Part shown: positions 47,864 to 57,143 of the stretch, piece after piece
Layout of the letters: each line of letters begins with the position of its first letter
How positions within the stretch are numbered: position 1 is the stretch's first letter
NCBI GenBank assembly: GCA_002753565.1
Contig: PEAM01000014.1
Location: 12,858-76,857, forward strand
Reading direction: 5' to 3'
Length of the DNA: 64,000 nucleotides
Source: Magnetococcales bacterium
Lineage (GTDB): Bacteria > Pseudomonadota > Magnetococcia > Magnetococcales > JADFYX01
Translations under genes and position numbers: made by a program
Notes under the pieces: model-generated
Seen by the model: the letters and a program-made list of their open reading frames with translations, nothing else
What the model was told of the DNA's origin: nothing
The model's database searches: none

Positions 47864-50668
47864 ATGTTGAATTTGATTAAAAAACTTACTGTAAAGCAGC
47901 GCATCAACCTGAACCTGTTGCTTGCCTTCCTGGGCATTCTCATCATCGGCCTGCTCTCCAGCCTCTCCACCAAAGATACCATGCTGGAAGACAGGAAGAT
48001 CGAGATCCGTCAACTGGTTGAGGTGGCGCACGGTATACTGAATAACTATCATGCCAAACAGATGGCTGGGCTGATGAGCCCTGCCCAGGCTCAGCAGGCG
48101 GCTAAAGATCAGATTAGAACCCTCCGCTTTGAAGGGGAAAACTATTTCTGGATCAACGACTATAACGCCATCATGGTCATGCACCCCATCAACGCTCAAC
48201 TGGAAGGCCAGGACCTCTCCAATCTGGCGGATAAAAACGGTCAGAAATTTTTTCTCTCCTTTGTCGATATTGCCACCAAACAGCAGGCGGGTTTTGTCCA
48301 CTACCTCTGGCCCAAACCAGGCATCAAGGCGCCCGTTGCCAAAATTTCCTATGTGAAAGATTTCAACCCTTGGGGCTGGATTATTGGTACCGGCCTCTAT
48401 CTGGACGATATTGACAGCGCTTTTCAGGAAAACCTGCTCACTCTTCTGCTCAACATGCTGGCCGTTGCCCTGGTGATGCTGCCGGTCTCCTTCTTGATTG
48501 CCCAGACCATCCTGCGGCAACTGGGTGCCGATATTTTGGAGCTGGAAGAGGTAGTTCGCAACATCTCCTCAGGAACCCTCACCTCCCGAGTCCAGGCCAA
48601 AGGAGGGAAAGAGATCCGCGGTATTGCCCGCCACATCAATGAACTGGCCGGCAACCTGGAAAACAGCATGCGGGTGGTCAGCCTCCACTCCGGCAGCATC
48701 ACGGCCTGTGCGGCGGAGTTGGTCAAAATTCGTTATCTGGTCGGTGGAGACTCGGCCTCCTCTCAGCAAATCGTCACAGAAACCATCCAGCACAACAGCA
48801 AACTTTCCAGCGAGATCCACACCATCTCCAGTGCCATTGAAAAAACCTCCGAGAGCATCTCCACCGTCAACGAGTCGGCTCAAGAGGTCTCTGGCAGCGT
48901 CATCACCATTGCCGCCGGTGCCGAGGAGGCCAGCGCCAACATCTCCACCATGGCCTCAGCCGCTGAAGAGATTACTGCCAACCTGGGTGGTGTCAATCAG
49001 AGCCTGGAACAGGTTGATCAATCGGTCAACGGCGTCGCCACCTCCATCCGACAGATGACCGCCTCTCTGGGAGGCGTCCGTGAGCTGTGCATCTCCGCCA
49101 GTCAGGAGTCCACCAAAGCCAAGCAACTCTCCGACGGTACCGAACCGGTCATGGCCCGGCTCTCCTCCTCGGCTCAGGAGATCGGCGAGGTGGTGGAGGT
49201 GATCAACAACATTGCTGAACAGACCAACATGCTGGCTTTGAACGCCTCCATCGAAGCCGCCGGAGCGGGAGAGGCCGGCAAGGGGTTTGCCGTGGTTGCC
49301 AACGAGGTTAAGGAGCTGGCCCGACAAACCAGCGAAGCAACCCGGATGATTCACGATAAAATCCAGGGCATCCAAAGCAGTACCGGCGAGGTAGCCGATG
49401 CCAATCGGCAGATTGGGGCTGTCATCAGCCGCATCAATCTATCCAATCAGGAGATCACCTACTCTGTCGAACAGCAAAACAGCACCATGCAGACCATTTC
49501 TGAGGCCATGAATGGGGTAGCTCAAGGGGCGGCCGAGGTGACCCGTAACGCCAGTGAACTCAACACGGCTGCCAGCGAAGTGGCCCGCGCCGCGCAAGAG
49601 GCTGCCAGCGGAACGGCTGAGGTTGCCCAGACCGCTTCCATCGTTGCAGCCAGCGCCGAAGCGGTTGCTGCAGCCAGCACCGAGGCCAGCCAACAGGCCG
49701 ACAACATCAAAAGCTCCATGTTCGAGGTAAAAGGTGCCTCCAACGAGGTTCAAGCCAAAATGGATGAGGCCGGCAAGATAGCGGAGCAGGCTCAAGGCTC
49801 TGCCTATCTTTTCGAGCGGATGGGAGACATTCTCCAGGGCATGACCGGGGCCCTTTTTGCGGCTCAAATTGAGATGGAAACCGGTAAGCCACCCTTTGAT
49901 TTGCGCGGCTTTAAATCGGCTCACCTACAGTTGCAGAGTCAGCTGGAACAGGCTATCCCTGGACGTCTCAAACTGGAAATTTCCGACCTTTCTACAGCTG
50001 AAGGCTGTATTCTTGGTCAGTGGATTGCCAGTGGAGAAGGGGAAGAGCTGTTTGGTCAAAACAGCTTTTTCGCAGAGCTTGTCGAAGCCCATGATGCCGT
50101 CCATGCAGAGGCCCGGAATACGTTGCAGATCATCAATCAAAAAGGGCGGGAAGGACGATCCGAAGCGGATGAAGCTCTCTCCCGCTTTCTGGAGGCGCGC
50201 GATATTGTCTTCAACCGGATCAACCGGCTCTACCTGGGAGAGAGTGCAGAGACTGAGCCTCAGCTCTATTTCAACTGGAGTGAAGAGCTGGAAACCGGCA
50301 TCGAATTTGTCGATTATGACCATCAAATCTTGGTGGGAATGGTCAACGACCTGCATCAGGCCTTAAAGCAGGAGCGGGGTTCCGATGCTCTGGAAAAAAT
50401 CCTCAGTGCACTGGCCCAATATACCGTGGAGCATTTTGCTCGGGAAGAGAAGATTTTTGATCAATTCAACTATCCCGACACAGAAGCCCACAAAAAAGAG
50501 CACAAAAAGTTGGTCGACATGGTCGTTCAGTTGATCGAGCAGTTTAAAGCAGGGGAGTTTACCGTTGCCATGGATCTGATGTTGGCGGCCAAAGATTGGC
50601 TGATCAAACATATCATGCACACCGACATGAACTTTGCCCCCTTCATGAAGAAGCATAAGATCCGCTAA
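47864..50668 (+). CDS. Methyl-accepting chemotaxis protein: TM-Cache-TM-HAMP-MCP signalling domain-CZB zinc-binding domain-hemerythrin domain
   Basis: 934 aa. Cache-like periplasmic segment ([15 protein letters not shown]...[11 protein letters not shown]...[10 protein letters not shown]). Tip [34 protein letters not shown] signature H-x2-L-x24-C-x-L-G-x-W-x22-H-x3-H. Hemerythrin ligand pattern (DYDH, EHFAREE, HKKEH, KHIMHTD). Confidence 0.92.
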   Translation: MLNLIKKLTVKQRINLNLLLAFLGILIIGLLSSLSTKDTMLEDRKIEIRQLVEVAHGILNNYHAKQMAGLMSPAQAQQAAKDQIRTLRFEGENYFWINDYNAIMVMHPINAQLEGQDLSNLADKNGQKFFLSFVDIATKQQAGFVHYLWPKPGIKAPVAKISYVKDFNPWGWIIGTGLYLDDIDSAFQENLLTLLLNMLAVALVMLPVSFLIAQTILRQLGADILELEEVVRNISSGTLTSRVQAKGGKEIRGIARHINELAGNLENSMRVVSLHSGSITACAAELVKIRYLVGGDSASSQQIVTETIQHNSKLSSEIHTISSAIEKTSESISTVNESAQEVSGSVITIAAGAEEASANISTMASAAEEITANLGGVNQSLEQVDQSVNGVATSIRQMTASLGGVRELCISASQESTKAKQLSDGTEPVMARLSSSAQEIGEVVEVINNIAEQTNMLALNASIEAAGAGEAGKGFAVVANEVKELARQTSEATRMIHDKIQGIQSSTGEVADANRQIGAVISRINLSNQEITYSVEQQNSTMQTISEAMNGVAQGAAEVTRNASELNTAASEVARAAQEAASGTAEVAQTASIVAASAEAVAAASTEASQQADNIKSSMFEVKGASNEVQAKMDEAGKIAEQAQGSAYLFERMGDILQGMTGALFAAQIEMETGKPPFDLRGFKSAHLQLQSQLEQAIPGRLKLEISDLSTAEGCILGQWIASGEGEELFGQNSFFAELVEAHDAVHAEARNTLQIINQKGREGRSEADEALSRFLEARDIVFNRINRLYLGESAETEPQLYFNWSEELETGIEFVDYDHQILVGMVNDLHQALKQERGSDALEKILSALAQYTVEHFAREEKIFDQFNYPDTEAHKKEHKKLVDMVVQLIEQFKAGEFTVAMDLMLAAKDWLIKHIMHTDMNFAPFMKKHKIR

Positions 50669-50708
50669 CCACGATACGGGTTGTCAGTTTGCTTTGGCTT
50701 GATGAGAG

Positions 50709-50737
50709 CCCCCTACCACCTGGCAGGTGGTAGGGGG
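50709..50737. terminator. GC-rich hairpin between the convergent MCP and SapC genes (possible bidirectional terminator)
   Basis: ccccctaccacct / aggtggtaggggg, a 13-bp perfect stem with a 3-nt loop. There is no clear T-run. Confidence 0.4.
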
Positions 50738-50754
50738 GAGTAAAAGAGGGTGGA

Positions 50755-51513
50755 TCAATCGGACTTTGGTGCCACCATACGGGACATGACAGCATTCATA
50801 TTGGAAAGAGAGAGCAGGTGGGCATAGATCCAACCCATCTCTCCTGAGCGAAACAGCTCCATGGCCTGGTTTTTATCCAGTGCCATCAATTTTTTCTCAT
50901 CAACCACCATCAAACCGGAAACCGCCACCTTCTCTCCACCTTGAATCTCTGCACTGGCCGTAAACTCCGTTAACAGCTCCAGATCATTCAGACGGTTCAC
51001 AAAAACCTCTGTCCGTTGATAGTGGGCCTGGTACTCCTGCAAAAACTTGACGGCACTGTCGAGAAGCTCGGTCGCTTTACCCTCTTCATCGAAGAGAGGT
51101 GCACCCTCCTCTTTGTTGAGTCCGGGAAAGTTTTCATCGATACAGACAGCCAGTTTTGCCCCCTCACTCTCTTTTTCGCCTGGCGCTTCAGCCAGGATGA
51201 AGGGATAGCGCCGCACAAAAGCGGGGATGTACTTGGCATCCCATTGGCCTTTTTCATCAACAAAAAGATTTTCATCCTGGCGAAATCCCAACAACGCTAC
51301 CGGAATAACCCGATCAACGGATTTGACAAAGATGATCGGATACTCTTTGGCGGCATGGATGAACTCCATACCAGAGAGTAAAACGGAGTTGGTCTTTTTG
51401 GCAAAGCTGAACCCCACCTTGTTGGGACCGATTTTCAGATCCTTATGAATATCTCGATTAAGTGCGACCGGTTTCTCGTAGAACATCAACTGCGCCATCT
51501 GGTTTTCCTCCAA
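50755..51513 (-). CDS. SapC-family protein
   Basis: YEKPVALNRDIH..., EYPIIF, YIPAFVRRYPF and SLSNM blocks are typical of the SapC family. The real start may be the internal ATG at 51498. Confidence 0.75.
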   Translation of the reverse strand: MEENQMAQLMFYEKPVALNRDIHKDLKIGPNKVGFSFAKKTNSVLLSGMEFIHAAKEYPIIFVKSVDRVIPVALLGFRQDENLFVDEKGQWDAKYIPAFVRRYPFILAEAPGEKESEGAKLAVCIDENFPGLNKEEGAPLFDEEGKATELLDSAVKFLQEYQAHYQRTEVFVNRLNDLELLTEFTASAEIQGGEKVAVSGLMVVDEKKLMALDKNQAMELFRSGEMGWIYAHLLSLSNMNAVMSRMVAPKSD

Positions 51514-51593
51514 AATTGATTAAAAAAAAGTGTCGGATGACATCCGTAAGAGTCATCAAAAAAAATAGCCGAAGGGGCACTCCCCCCTCTATT

Positions 51594-52133
51594 TTAGTGT
51601 AGCTGTCGCCCGGAACTTCCCCCCTCCGTCAGAGTGGGTGTCCCTTCCATATCTGTACCCGGAAGGGAAAGTGCAAGCCCCCAATCCACTTGCAGAATGG
51701 TATCCTGGATTAATTTACATAATAAATGCAATAATTTTTGGTCCATCCCCAGCTCCACCCCGTAGCCCTTCTCTGGATAGAGACTCAACAGGTGCAGCCC
51801 TGGTCCCTTCTCCTGAATGTGAGAACGACAAACCAACAGCGGGGCCTCGCCCAAAGGACAGGAGGTGTTGGTAGGCTCAAACGCTGAAGAGAAGTTAGCC
51901 TGCTCCACAACATTTTGATGCATAAACCCCATCATACTCCGTTTGTGGCCGGCACTTTGGGCAGGAAGATTTACCTCCATGGCCTTGACCAGGCCAGGCC
52001 AAAACTGTTTGATAAACAGTCGGGTCAACCAAAAGCGGAACTCCGTACCATCTTTGGTATTAAAACGAAGCAGCAGCCGGTCCTCCACCTGGGAGTAGGC
52101 CATTTGCATTTGATGAATACTCTGAGTTGCCAT
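51594..52133 (-). CDS. Hypothetical protein (179 aa), between the radical-SAM and SapC genes
   Basis: Clean ORF, co-directional with both neighbours. No TM segment or signal peptide. I recognise no family. Confidence 0.5.
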   Translation of the reverse strand: MATQSIHQMQMAYSQVEDRLLLRFNTKDGTEFRFWLTRLFIKQFWPGLVKAMEVNLPAQSAGHKRSMMGFMHQNVVEQANFSSAFEPTNTSCPLGEAPLLVCRSHIQEKGPGLHLLSLYPEKGYGVELGMDQKLLHLLCKLIQDTILQVDWGLALSLPGTDMEGTPTLTEGGSSGRQLH

Positions 52134-52265
52134 AACCCAACATATGAATCAACCAAACAAGGATGTCAACCAACCGTATGGAAAAAACCCCGTTAATCAA
52201 CCCCCTCCTTACCTTATTGCAAGAATAAATACAGATCATCCCCCTCCCCACTACCCTTTGGCACC

Positions 52266-53225
52266 TTATTCCACCAACGCCCCTCCACAGGAAGAGCCAT
52301 TTCCCGAAGTGCAGGCAAAGCAGTGGTTACCGGTCACCACCGGACGGGTGCCCAACTGCAGAGGATCACACAGATCCAGACAGGTCTGATCACCGGACTG
52401 AATCGGCAGATTAAGGGCAAGATTAAAATCACAGTCGTACAAGGTGCCATCCCAACCGATGCTAATCTGATTGCGGCACATCAACCCCCCAAGGGTGGCG
52501 GGATTGAAGGATTGATGCAGCAACATCCAATAATCGTCCTCTCGCCCATCCCGACGCAGATCGGCCCGGAAACGACCGATGGGTATGTTGGTAATGGTAT
52601 GCAGGCTGGAAAAGGCGATGTCATAGCGCTGTTTCAACGCCCGCTTGTAATCCTCCTCCAACTTGCTTTGGGGGGGAGGTAACGAAGGCCCTCCCGGATT
52701 ATAGACCAGATTAAGTGGCAGACTCTCCTCCACACCATAGCCCATGCGGTTGAGCAGTTGAATGGCCGCCACCGACTCCGCAAAGGTTCCCATGCCCCGC
52801 TGAGAGTCGACATTCTCTTCCAGATAACAGGGCATGGAGGCAACCAGACCAACCTGATGATCTCTAAAAAACGCCGCCATGCCGACTAGTTTCGGTTCCA
52901 GCAATATGGTCAGGTTGGTGCGGACCTGCACCTGCACATCCCGCGCTCTCAGGGCCCGAATAAACCGCTTAAGGTGAGGGTTCAACTCTGGGGCACCGCC
53001 GGTAAGATCAACCATCTGACATCCGGTCGACTCAACCAGATCAACTATTTTTTCCATGGTGGACCAGTCCATCTCCTCCTGGCGGCGGGGGGAGGAGCCA
53101 AGGTGGCAGTGGCGACACTCCAGGTTACAACGCAAACCTACATTGACCTGAATGGTAGAGAGGGTCTCGGCGCGCAATATGGGAGAGTCGGTATGTTGCT
53201 CCACCTCACGCATGAAATCGATCAT
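52266..53225 (-). CDS. Radical SAM/Cys-rich-domain protein (ArsS-like, TIGR04167-type)
   Basis: CNLECRHCH (CxxxCxxC) radical-SAM cluster motif. The C-terminal Cys-rich tail HCFACTSGNGSSCGGALVE is characteristic of this family. Confidence 0.8.
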   Translation of the reverse strand: MIDFMREVEQHTDSPILRAETLSTIQVNVGLRCNLECRHCHLGSSPRRQEEMDWSTMEKIVDLVESTGCQMVDLTGGAPELNPHLKRFIRALRARDVQVQVRTNLTILLEPKLVGMAAFFRDHQVGLVASMPCYLEENVDSQRGMGTFAESVAAIQLLNRMGYGVEESLPLNLVYNPGGPSLPPPQSKLEEDYKRALKQRYDIAFSSLHTITNIPIGRFRADLRRDGREDDYWMLLHQSFNPATLGGLMCRNQISIGWDGTLYDCDFNLALNLPIQSGDQTCLDLCDPLQLGTRPVVTGNHCFACTSGNGSSCGGALVE

Positions 53226-53459
53226 TTTTCACCCATCTGCTTCTTGATTGTGATAGTGTGGGTACGGGCTGACTGAGGGTTAGAAAATAGTCTTTTTGGG
53301 CGCAAACGGCAACCATCCCTCCAAAAGCCAGCTTGGTTGGTGCGTAAAATCATCCGGAACATGGGTGAATCAGGAGAGTGGGCCAGGGGCAGCCTTGGCT
53401 TGGTACCCTTGCCTTGCTTTTTTTTCCAAACCTTCTGACCCGTCAACAGGGAGAGATCC

Positions 53460-53945
53460 ATGAAACTGTTTTTCCACCGACTCCTGCTCACAGCCCTCTT
53501 GACCACCTGGAGCGGCCACGCCCTGGCTGAAGCACCTATGGCCGCAGACAAAAAGCCCCCTTGCAACGGCTGTGAAACCACCTCCGATGGCGCAGAGAGC
53601 TCCAACCGTCAAACAGAGAGCCGAGGCTTTAAAACCTTTGGCCAAGCGTCAGACAGGGGAAGCAAGCTCTGGAGCGACCCCTCTTTGGGCCGAAGCGGCT
53701 TTACCTGTCTTTCGGGGGGGTGTCATGGGGAGTTTGCCCATTTAAACTTCGATGCCAACCAAAACTATCCCCACTATGTCGAAATGACGGAGAAGGTGGT
53801 CACCCTCACCCAGATGATCAACTACTGCCTGGTCAACCCCATGGCCGGCCCCCCCCTGAACGCTGACAGCGATGAGATGACAGCCATGGCAGCCTTCTAT
53901 CGCAGTTATCGGATTCAATACAGACGCCAAAAAAAGAACGACTGA
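53460..53945 (+). CDS. Periplasmic class-I-like cytochrome c with an atypical CX4CH haem site
   Basis: Signal peptide (LLLTALLTTWSGHALA). Single site TCLSGGCHGEF. Distal NPMAG (candidate Met ligand). The C-terminal helix MTAMAAFYRS is typical of small c-type cytochromes. Confidence 0.6.
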   Translation: MKLFFHRLLLTALLTTWSGHALAEAPMAADKKPPCNGCETTSDGAESSNRQTESRGFKTFGQASDRGSKLWSDPSLGRSGFTCLSGGCHGEFAHLNFDANQNYPHYVEMTEKVVTLTQMINYCLVNPMAGPPLNADSDEMTAMAAFYRSYRIQYRRQKKND

Positions 53946-53970
53946 GGAGAGGAGAGTGAAAAACACCGTC

Positions 53971-54330
53971 TTACTGAAACTTTTCGGCCTCTCCCCTCAC
54001 CTTGTCTGCGGGATATTTTTTTTCATTTTCAACAATCTTTCTCTGGGCGCACTGGAGGGGGTCCAGATTGTGATTGGCAGCAAGCATGGTCAGATAGATC
54101 ATCACATCCCCTACCTCTTCGGCTAAACGAGATTTCAGTTCAGGGGAGAGTGACTGACTCTGCTGGGGTGTTAACCACTGAAACAGCTCAACAACCTCTG
54201 CAACCTCCACGCTCAGGGCCATGGAGAGATTTTTAGAGGTGTGAAACGGCCCCCACTCCCGTGCCTGACTAAAGGTTTTCAAGGTTGTTCGCAGGCTATT
54301 CATTTCGCTATTGGCTGAGGGGAGGCTCAT
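53971..54330 (-). CDS. MazG-like nucleotide pyrophosphohydrolase (dCTPase/XTP3TPA-like single-domain type)
   Basis: 119 aa. F..AREWGPFHT.KNL..AL..EVAEV.E.FQW and EEVGDV..YL blocks, then KN..KYP. Confidence 0.8.
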   Translation of the reverse strand: MSLPSANSEMNSLRTTLKTFSQAREWGPFHTSKNLSMALSVEVAEVVELFQWLTPQQSQSLSPELKSRLAEEVGDVMIYLTMLAANHNLDPLQCAQRKIVENEKKYPADKVRGEAEKFQ

Positions 54331-54388
54331 CTTTTCAAACTCCTATTTTTTATCCATCGTATCGACAGGTTGATGACAGGGAGGCCAC

Positions 54389-54985
54389 ATGGACATTCAG
54401 ACAGTAAATAACAGTCGTTTTTTTGTGGGAATCGTGCCACCCCAACCCCTGAAAGAGGCTATTTTACAGGCGACGAAACCGTATCGGCAACGCCTGCATG
54501 GGTTCCGTTGGCTCTCTGCGCAGACCTATCATATCACCCCACGTTTTTTCGGTCACCTCACGGCGGATGAGGCACCTGTTCTGGTCGATCAACTCAACCG
54601 GATTGCCGCCTTGTTTCAACCTTTCACCCTGCAGCTCACCCAGTGGGGCGGCTTTCCCAACCTGCGTCGACCTCGAGTTTTGTGGCTTGGGGTTGGGGGT
54701 AAATCGGCCTCTCTTTTAACCAATTTCGCTGCAGAAATGGGGGGGATATCACCAACATCTGACAACCACAAACCTTTTTATCCACATTTAAGCGTTGCCC
54801 GATCCCGATCCCCACTCCCCCTTTGCGCCACCAAACTCTCCCAGGCCCCGGTTCCCGACCTCCCCTGGCAGGTCGAACAGTTTCACCTGATCCGCTCGAC
54901 GCTTGATGGTCAGGGGACACACTACAAAACCGTCGCTACCTTTTCCTTGGGAGCACCATCAACCCAAGAGAAGGGTGGGGATTGA
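54389..54985 (+). CDS. thpR: RNA 2',3'-cyclic phosphodiesterase (2H phosphoesterase, ThpR/LigT)
   Basis: Two H-x-T/S-x motifs (YHITPRF and PHLSVAR) at the expected spacing. Confidence 0.85.
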   Translation: MDIQTVNNSRFFVGIVPPQPLKEAILQATKPYRQRLHGFRWLSAQTYHITPRFFGHLTADEAPVLVDQLNRIAALFQPFTLQLTQWGGFPNLRRPRVLWLGVGGKSASLLTNFAAEMGGISPTSDNHKPFYPHLSVARSRSPLPLCATKLSQAPVPDLPWQVEQFHLIRSTLDGQGTHYKTVATFSLGAPSTQEKGGD

Positions 54986-55042
54986 CAAACAGAAGAAAAT
55001 CCCAAATGGTAAGCCTTTATTTTTTTCCATGAGATTGAGCCG

Positions 55043-56119
55043 ATGGATATCAGCAAACTACCACTCCTTGAAGTGACCATTGCCCTGTGCGGAAGCCTGT
55101 TTTGGATCTTGTTCGGCACGGTAGTCGCACCCAAATTGGGATTGGTCGACCGCCCCTCCGACCGGAAAAAGCACGGGAAAGACACGCCGAATAGTGGCGG
55201 TGTTGCCATGCTGCTGGGGCTGATTCCCGCGCTGCTGCTTTTGGATCACCCTATCCCCTTTCAAAGTCGGCTTGTGTTGGCGACCCTTTTAACCCTGGTT
55301 GTTGGGGTGTGGGACGACCGATCCCCCCTTCCGGTTCGGACCCGCTTTTTGGCGGAGTTGGCTGCCGGATTGATTGTTACCCTGGGAGGGGGACTGACCG
55401 TACTTACCCTGGGCAATCTAGTCGGTCTGGGTGAGGTGAACTTGGGGTTTTTGGCGGTACCCTTTACCGTTATCTGTATTATCGGCGTCATCAACGCCCT
55501 CAATATGATCGATGGCTTGGATGGGCTGGCGGCCGGGCTCTCTCTGGTCTCCTTTTCGGCTCTTTTTTATCTGGCCTGGGAGGCCAACCGTGTGGCAGAG
55601 GCAGAGATGATTCTGCTGATCATTGCGGTTCTCATCCCCTTTTTCCTGGTCAACTCCCGGCTGTTTGGTCAATCCTCCGCACGGCTTTTCATGGGGGATG
55701 CCGGCAGCAAAATGTTAGGGCTATCCCTTGCCTGGTTTACTGTTTCCCTCTCTCAAACCCTGGTTTTGGAAGACGCTGAGGTCATCCAACCAGCCTTTTC
55801 AGCCAGTGTTGCCCTCTGGCTGGTTGCCCTGCCGCTGATTGACATGTTCAGCTCTTTTCTCCGGCGACTGGTCCAAAAAAGCAACCCCTTCAAACCCGAC
55901 GCCAACCATCTGCACCACCTTCTGCTGCAGTCAGGTTTATCGGTCAATCAGACTGTTCTCACCTTGATGGGGGTGGGGGTGGGGTGTGCTTTGGTTGGGG
56001 TCAAGGCGGAAGGGATGAGGCTGTCGGAGCCGCTGCTCTTCTTGGGTCTGCTGGTACTCTATGCCGCTTACAGCACCCTCAGCGTACGCTTTTGGCGTCG
56101 GCAGAGATCACTCCAATAG
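55043..56119 (+). CDS. Glycosyltransferase family 4 polyprenyl-phosphate HexNAc-1-phosphate transferase (WecA/MraY superfamily)
   Basis: 358 aa, about 10 TM helices. DDR, NALNMIDGLDGLAAG and the loop MGDAGS. Confidence 0.85.
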   Translation: MDISKLPLLEVTIALCGSLFWILFGTVVAPKLGLVDRPSDRKKHGKDTPNSGGVAMLLGLIPALLLLDHPIPFQSRLVLATLLTLVVGVWDDRSPLPVRTRFLAELAAGLIVTLGGGLTVLTLGNLVGLGEVNLGFLAVPFTVICIIGVINALNMIDGLDGLAAGLSLVSFSALFYLAWEANRVAEAEMILLIIAVLIPFFLVNSRLFGQSSARLFMGDAGSKMLGLSLAWFTVSLSQTLVLEDAEVIQPAFSASVALWLVALPLIDMFSSFLRRLVQKSNPFKPDANHLHHLLLQSGLSVNQTVLTLMGVGVGCALVGVKAEGMRLSEPLLFLGLLVLYAAYSTLSVRFWRRQRSLQ

Positions 56120-56938
56120 CCGCATGGCGATTTGGGCCTGTTGGTTTGCCTGAGCCTGGATGGAGAGTTTGGGTTGAACAGAGAGCCGGTCCCGAGTCAG
56201 GGCAGAAAACTCCGCCGCCACCTGGGAGTCTTGAATGCGCCCTTTGGCCTGCGTGGTGCTTTCGGTCAGATGGTTCAGGTGGGCAATGGCCTCTTCGAAA
56301 CGATGATGGAGAGGGGTAAGGGTGGCGCGAATATCGGCAACCGAGCGTTGGGCCATCTCCAGGATATTCTGTTTGTTTTCCGATGAAAGACCGCCACTGA
56401 GGTCGCCATCCAAAGCCTGCCACTGACGAACCACCTGACCAATATCCCGACCCAGCCCCAAAGCTCCGGGGGAGCTGCTGCTCAAGGAGACCCGAATCAA
56501 GTGATCTGCCCCCTCACCCACCGTAAAGCTGGTATGGTCCAACTCGCCATTGAGCAGGGGCATCTTGTTGAAGCGGGTCTCTTGGGAGATGGTATCGATC
56601 TGCTTGAGCCAAAAGGCGATCTCTTGTGGTTCAAAGGTGTAGTCGGGATGTTTTGGGTTGGACCGTTTACGCACCTCTTCCAGAGCCGTGTCGGTCTCGG
56701 CCAGAGCTTGGGAGACAATTTGAATCAGGGAGATGCCGTCGTTGGCCTCGTGGAGATATTGGTTGAGGGTTCGGGTACCTGCGCCCCACTGAAGAGAGAG
56801 CTGATACTCCTCCCGATCATAACCATACCCCTCGTCTGTCTCCAGGGCGAGACGAGCCGAGGCGGGAAAGAACTTTTGGTAAGCTCTGGACTCCGCCTGC
56901 CCATCTCTCGAAGAAACTTGTTTAATCGCAAGGGACAT
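56108..56938 (-). CDS. Divergent flagellin-family protein (276 aa)
   Basis: N-domain core NQYLHEANDGISLIQ and C-domain RIQDSQVAAEFSALTRDRLSVQPKLSIQAQANQQAQIAMRLLE match flagellin D0/D1. The first ~50 residues are degenerate. A FliA-type promoter lies upstream. The ORF track starts at TTG 56950; ATG 56938 is chosen. Confidence 0.75.
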   Translation of the reverse strand: MSLAIKQVSSRDGQAESRAYQKFFPASARLALETDEGYGYDREEYQLSLQWGAGTRTLNQYLHEANDGISLIQIVSQALAETDTALEEVRKRSNPKHPDYTFEPQEIAFWLKQIDTISQETRFNKMPLLNGELDHTSFTVGEGADHLIRVSLSSSSPGALGLGRDIGQVVRQWQALDGDLSGGLSSENKQNILEMAQRSVADIRATLTPLHHRFEEAIAHLNHLTESTTQAKGRIQDSQVAAEFSALTRDRLSVQPKLSIQAQANQQAQIAMRLLE

Positions 56939-57013
56939 AGTCGCTCTCAAACAGAAGATAAAGAGTTCACAAGGCCCCTACTACCCTTCAGGACAAAGGA
57001 GCTGTTAATGCTC

Positions 57014-57041
57014 TTATCGGTCAAACAACCGCCAAACTTAA
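57014..57041 (-). promoter_or_regulatory. Sigma-28 (FliA)-type promoter for the flagellin-like gene
   Basis: The minus strand reads TTAAGTTT-N12-ACCGATAA, against the enterobacterial consensus TAAAGTTT-N11-GCCGATAA. It ends 76 nt upstream of the ATG. Confidence 0.6.
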
Positions 57042-57143
57042 GCGCAGCCACTCTTTTTTAACCCGGTTGCCTTGGGTGGGTTGAATACGCTAACGTTAGC
57101 AAGACAATAGCCTGAACCACTTGGATAAAAAAGAGGATCCACG

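Noticed and set aside
52266-53225. Selenocysteine (in-frame TGA plus SECIS) in the ArsS-like radical-SAM gene, as occurs in some family members
   Set aside because: The C-terminal motif is encoded entirely with Cys codons (CFACTSGNGSSCGG). The ORF has no internal TGA.
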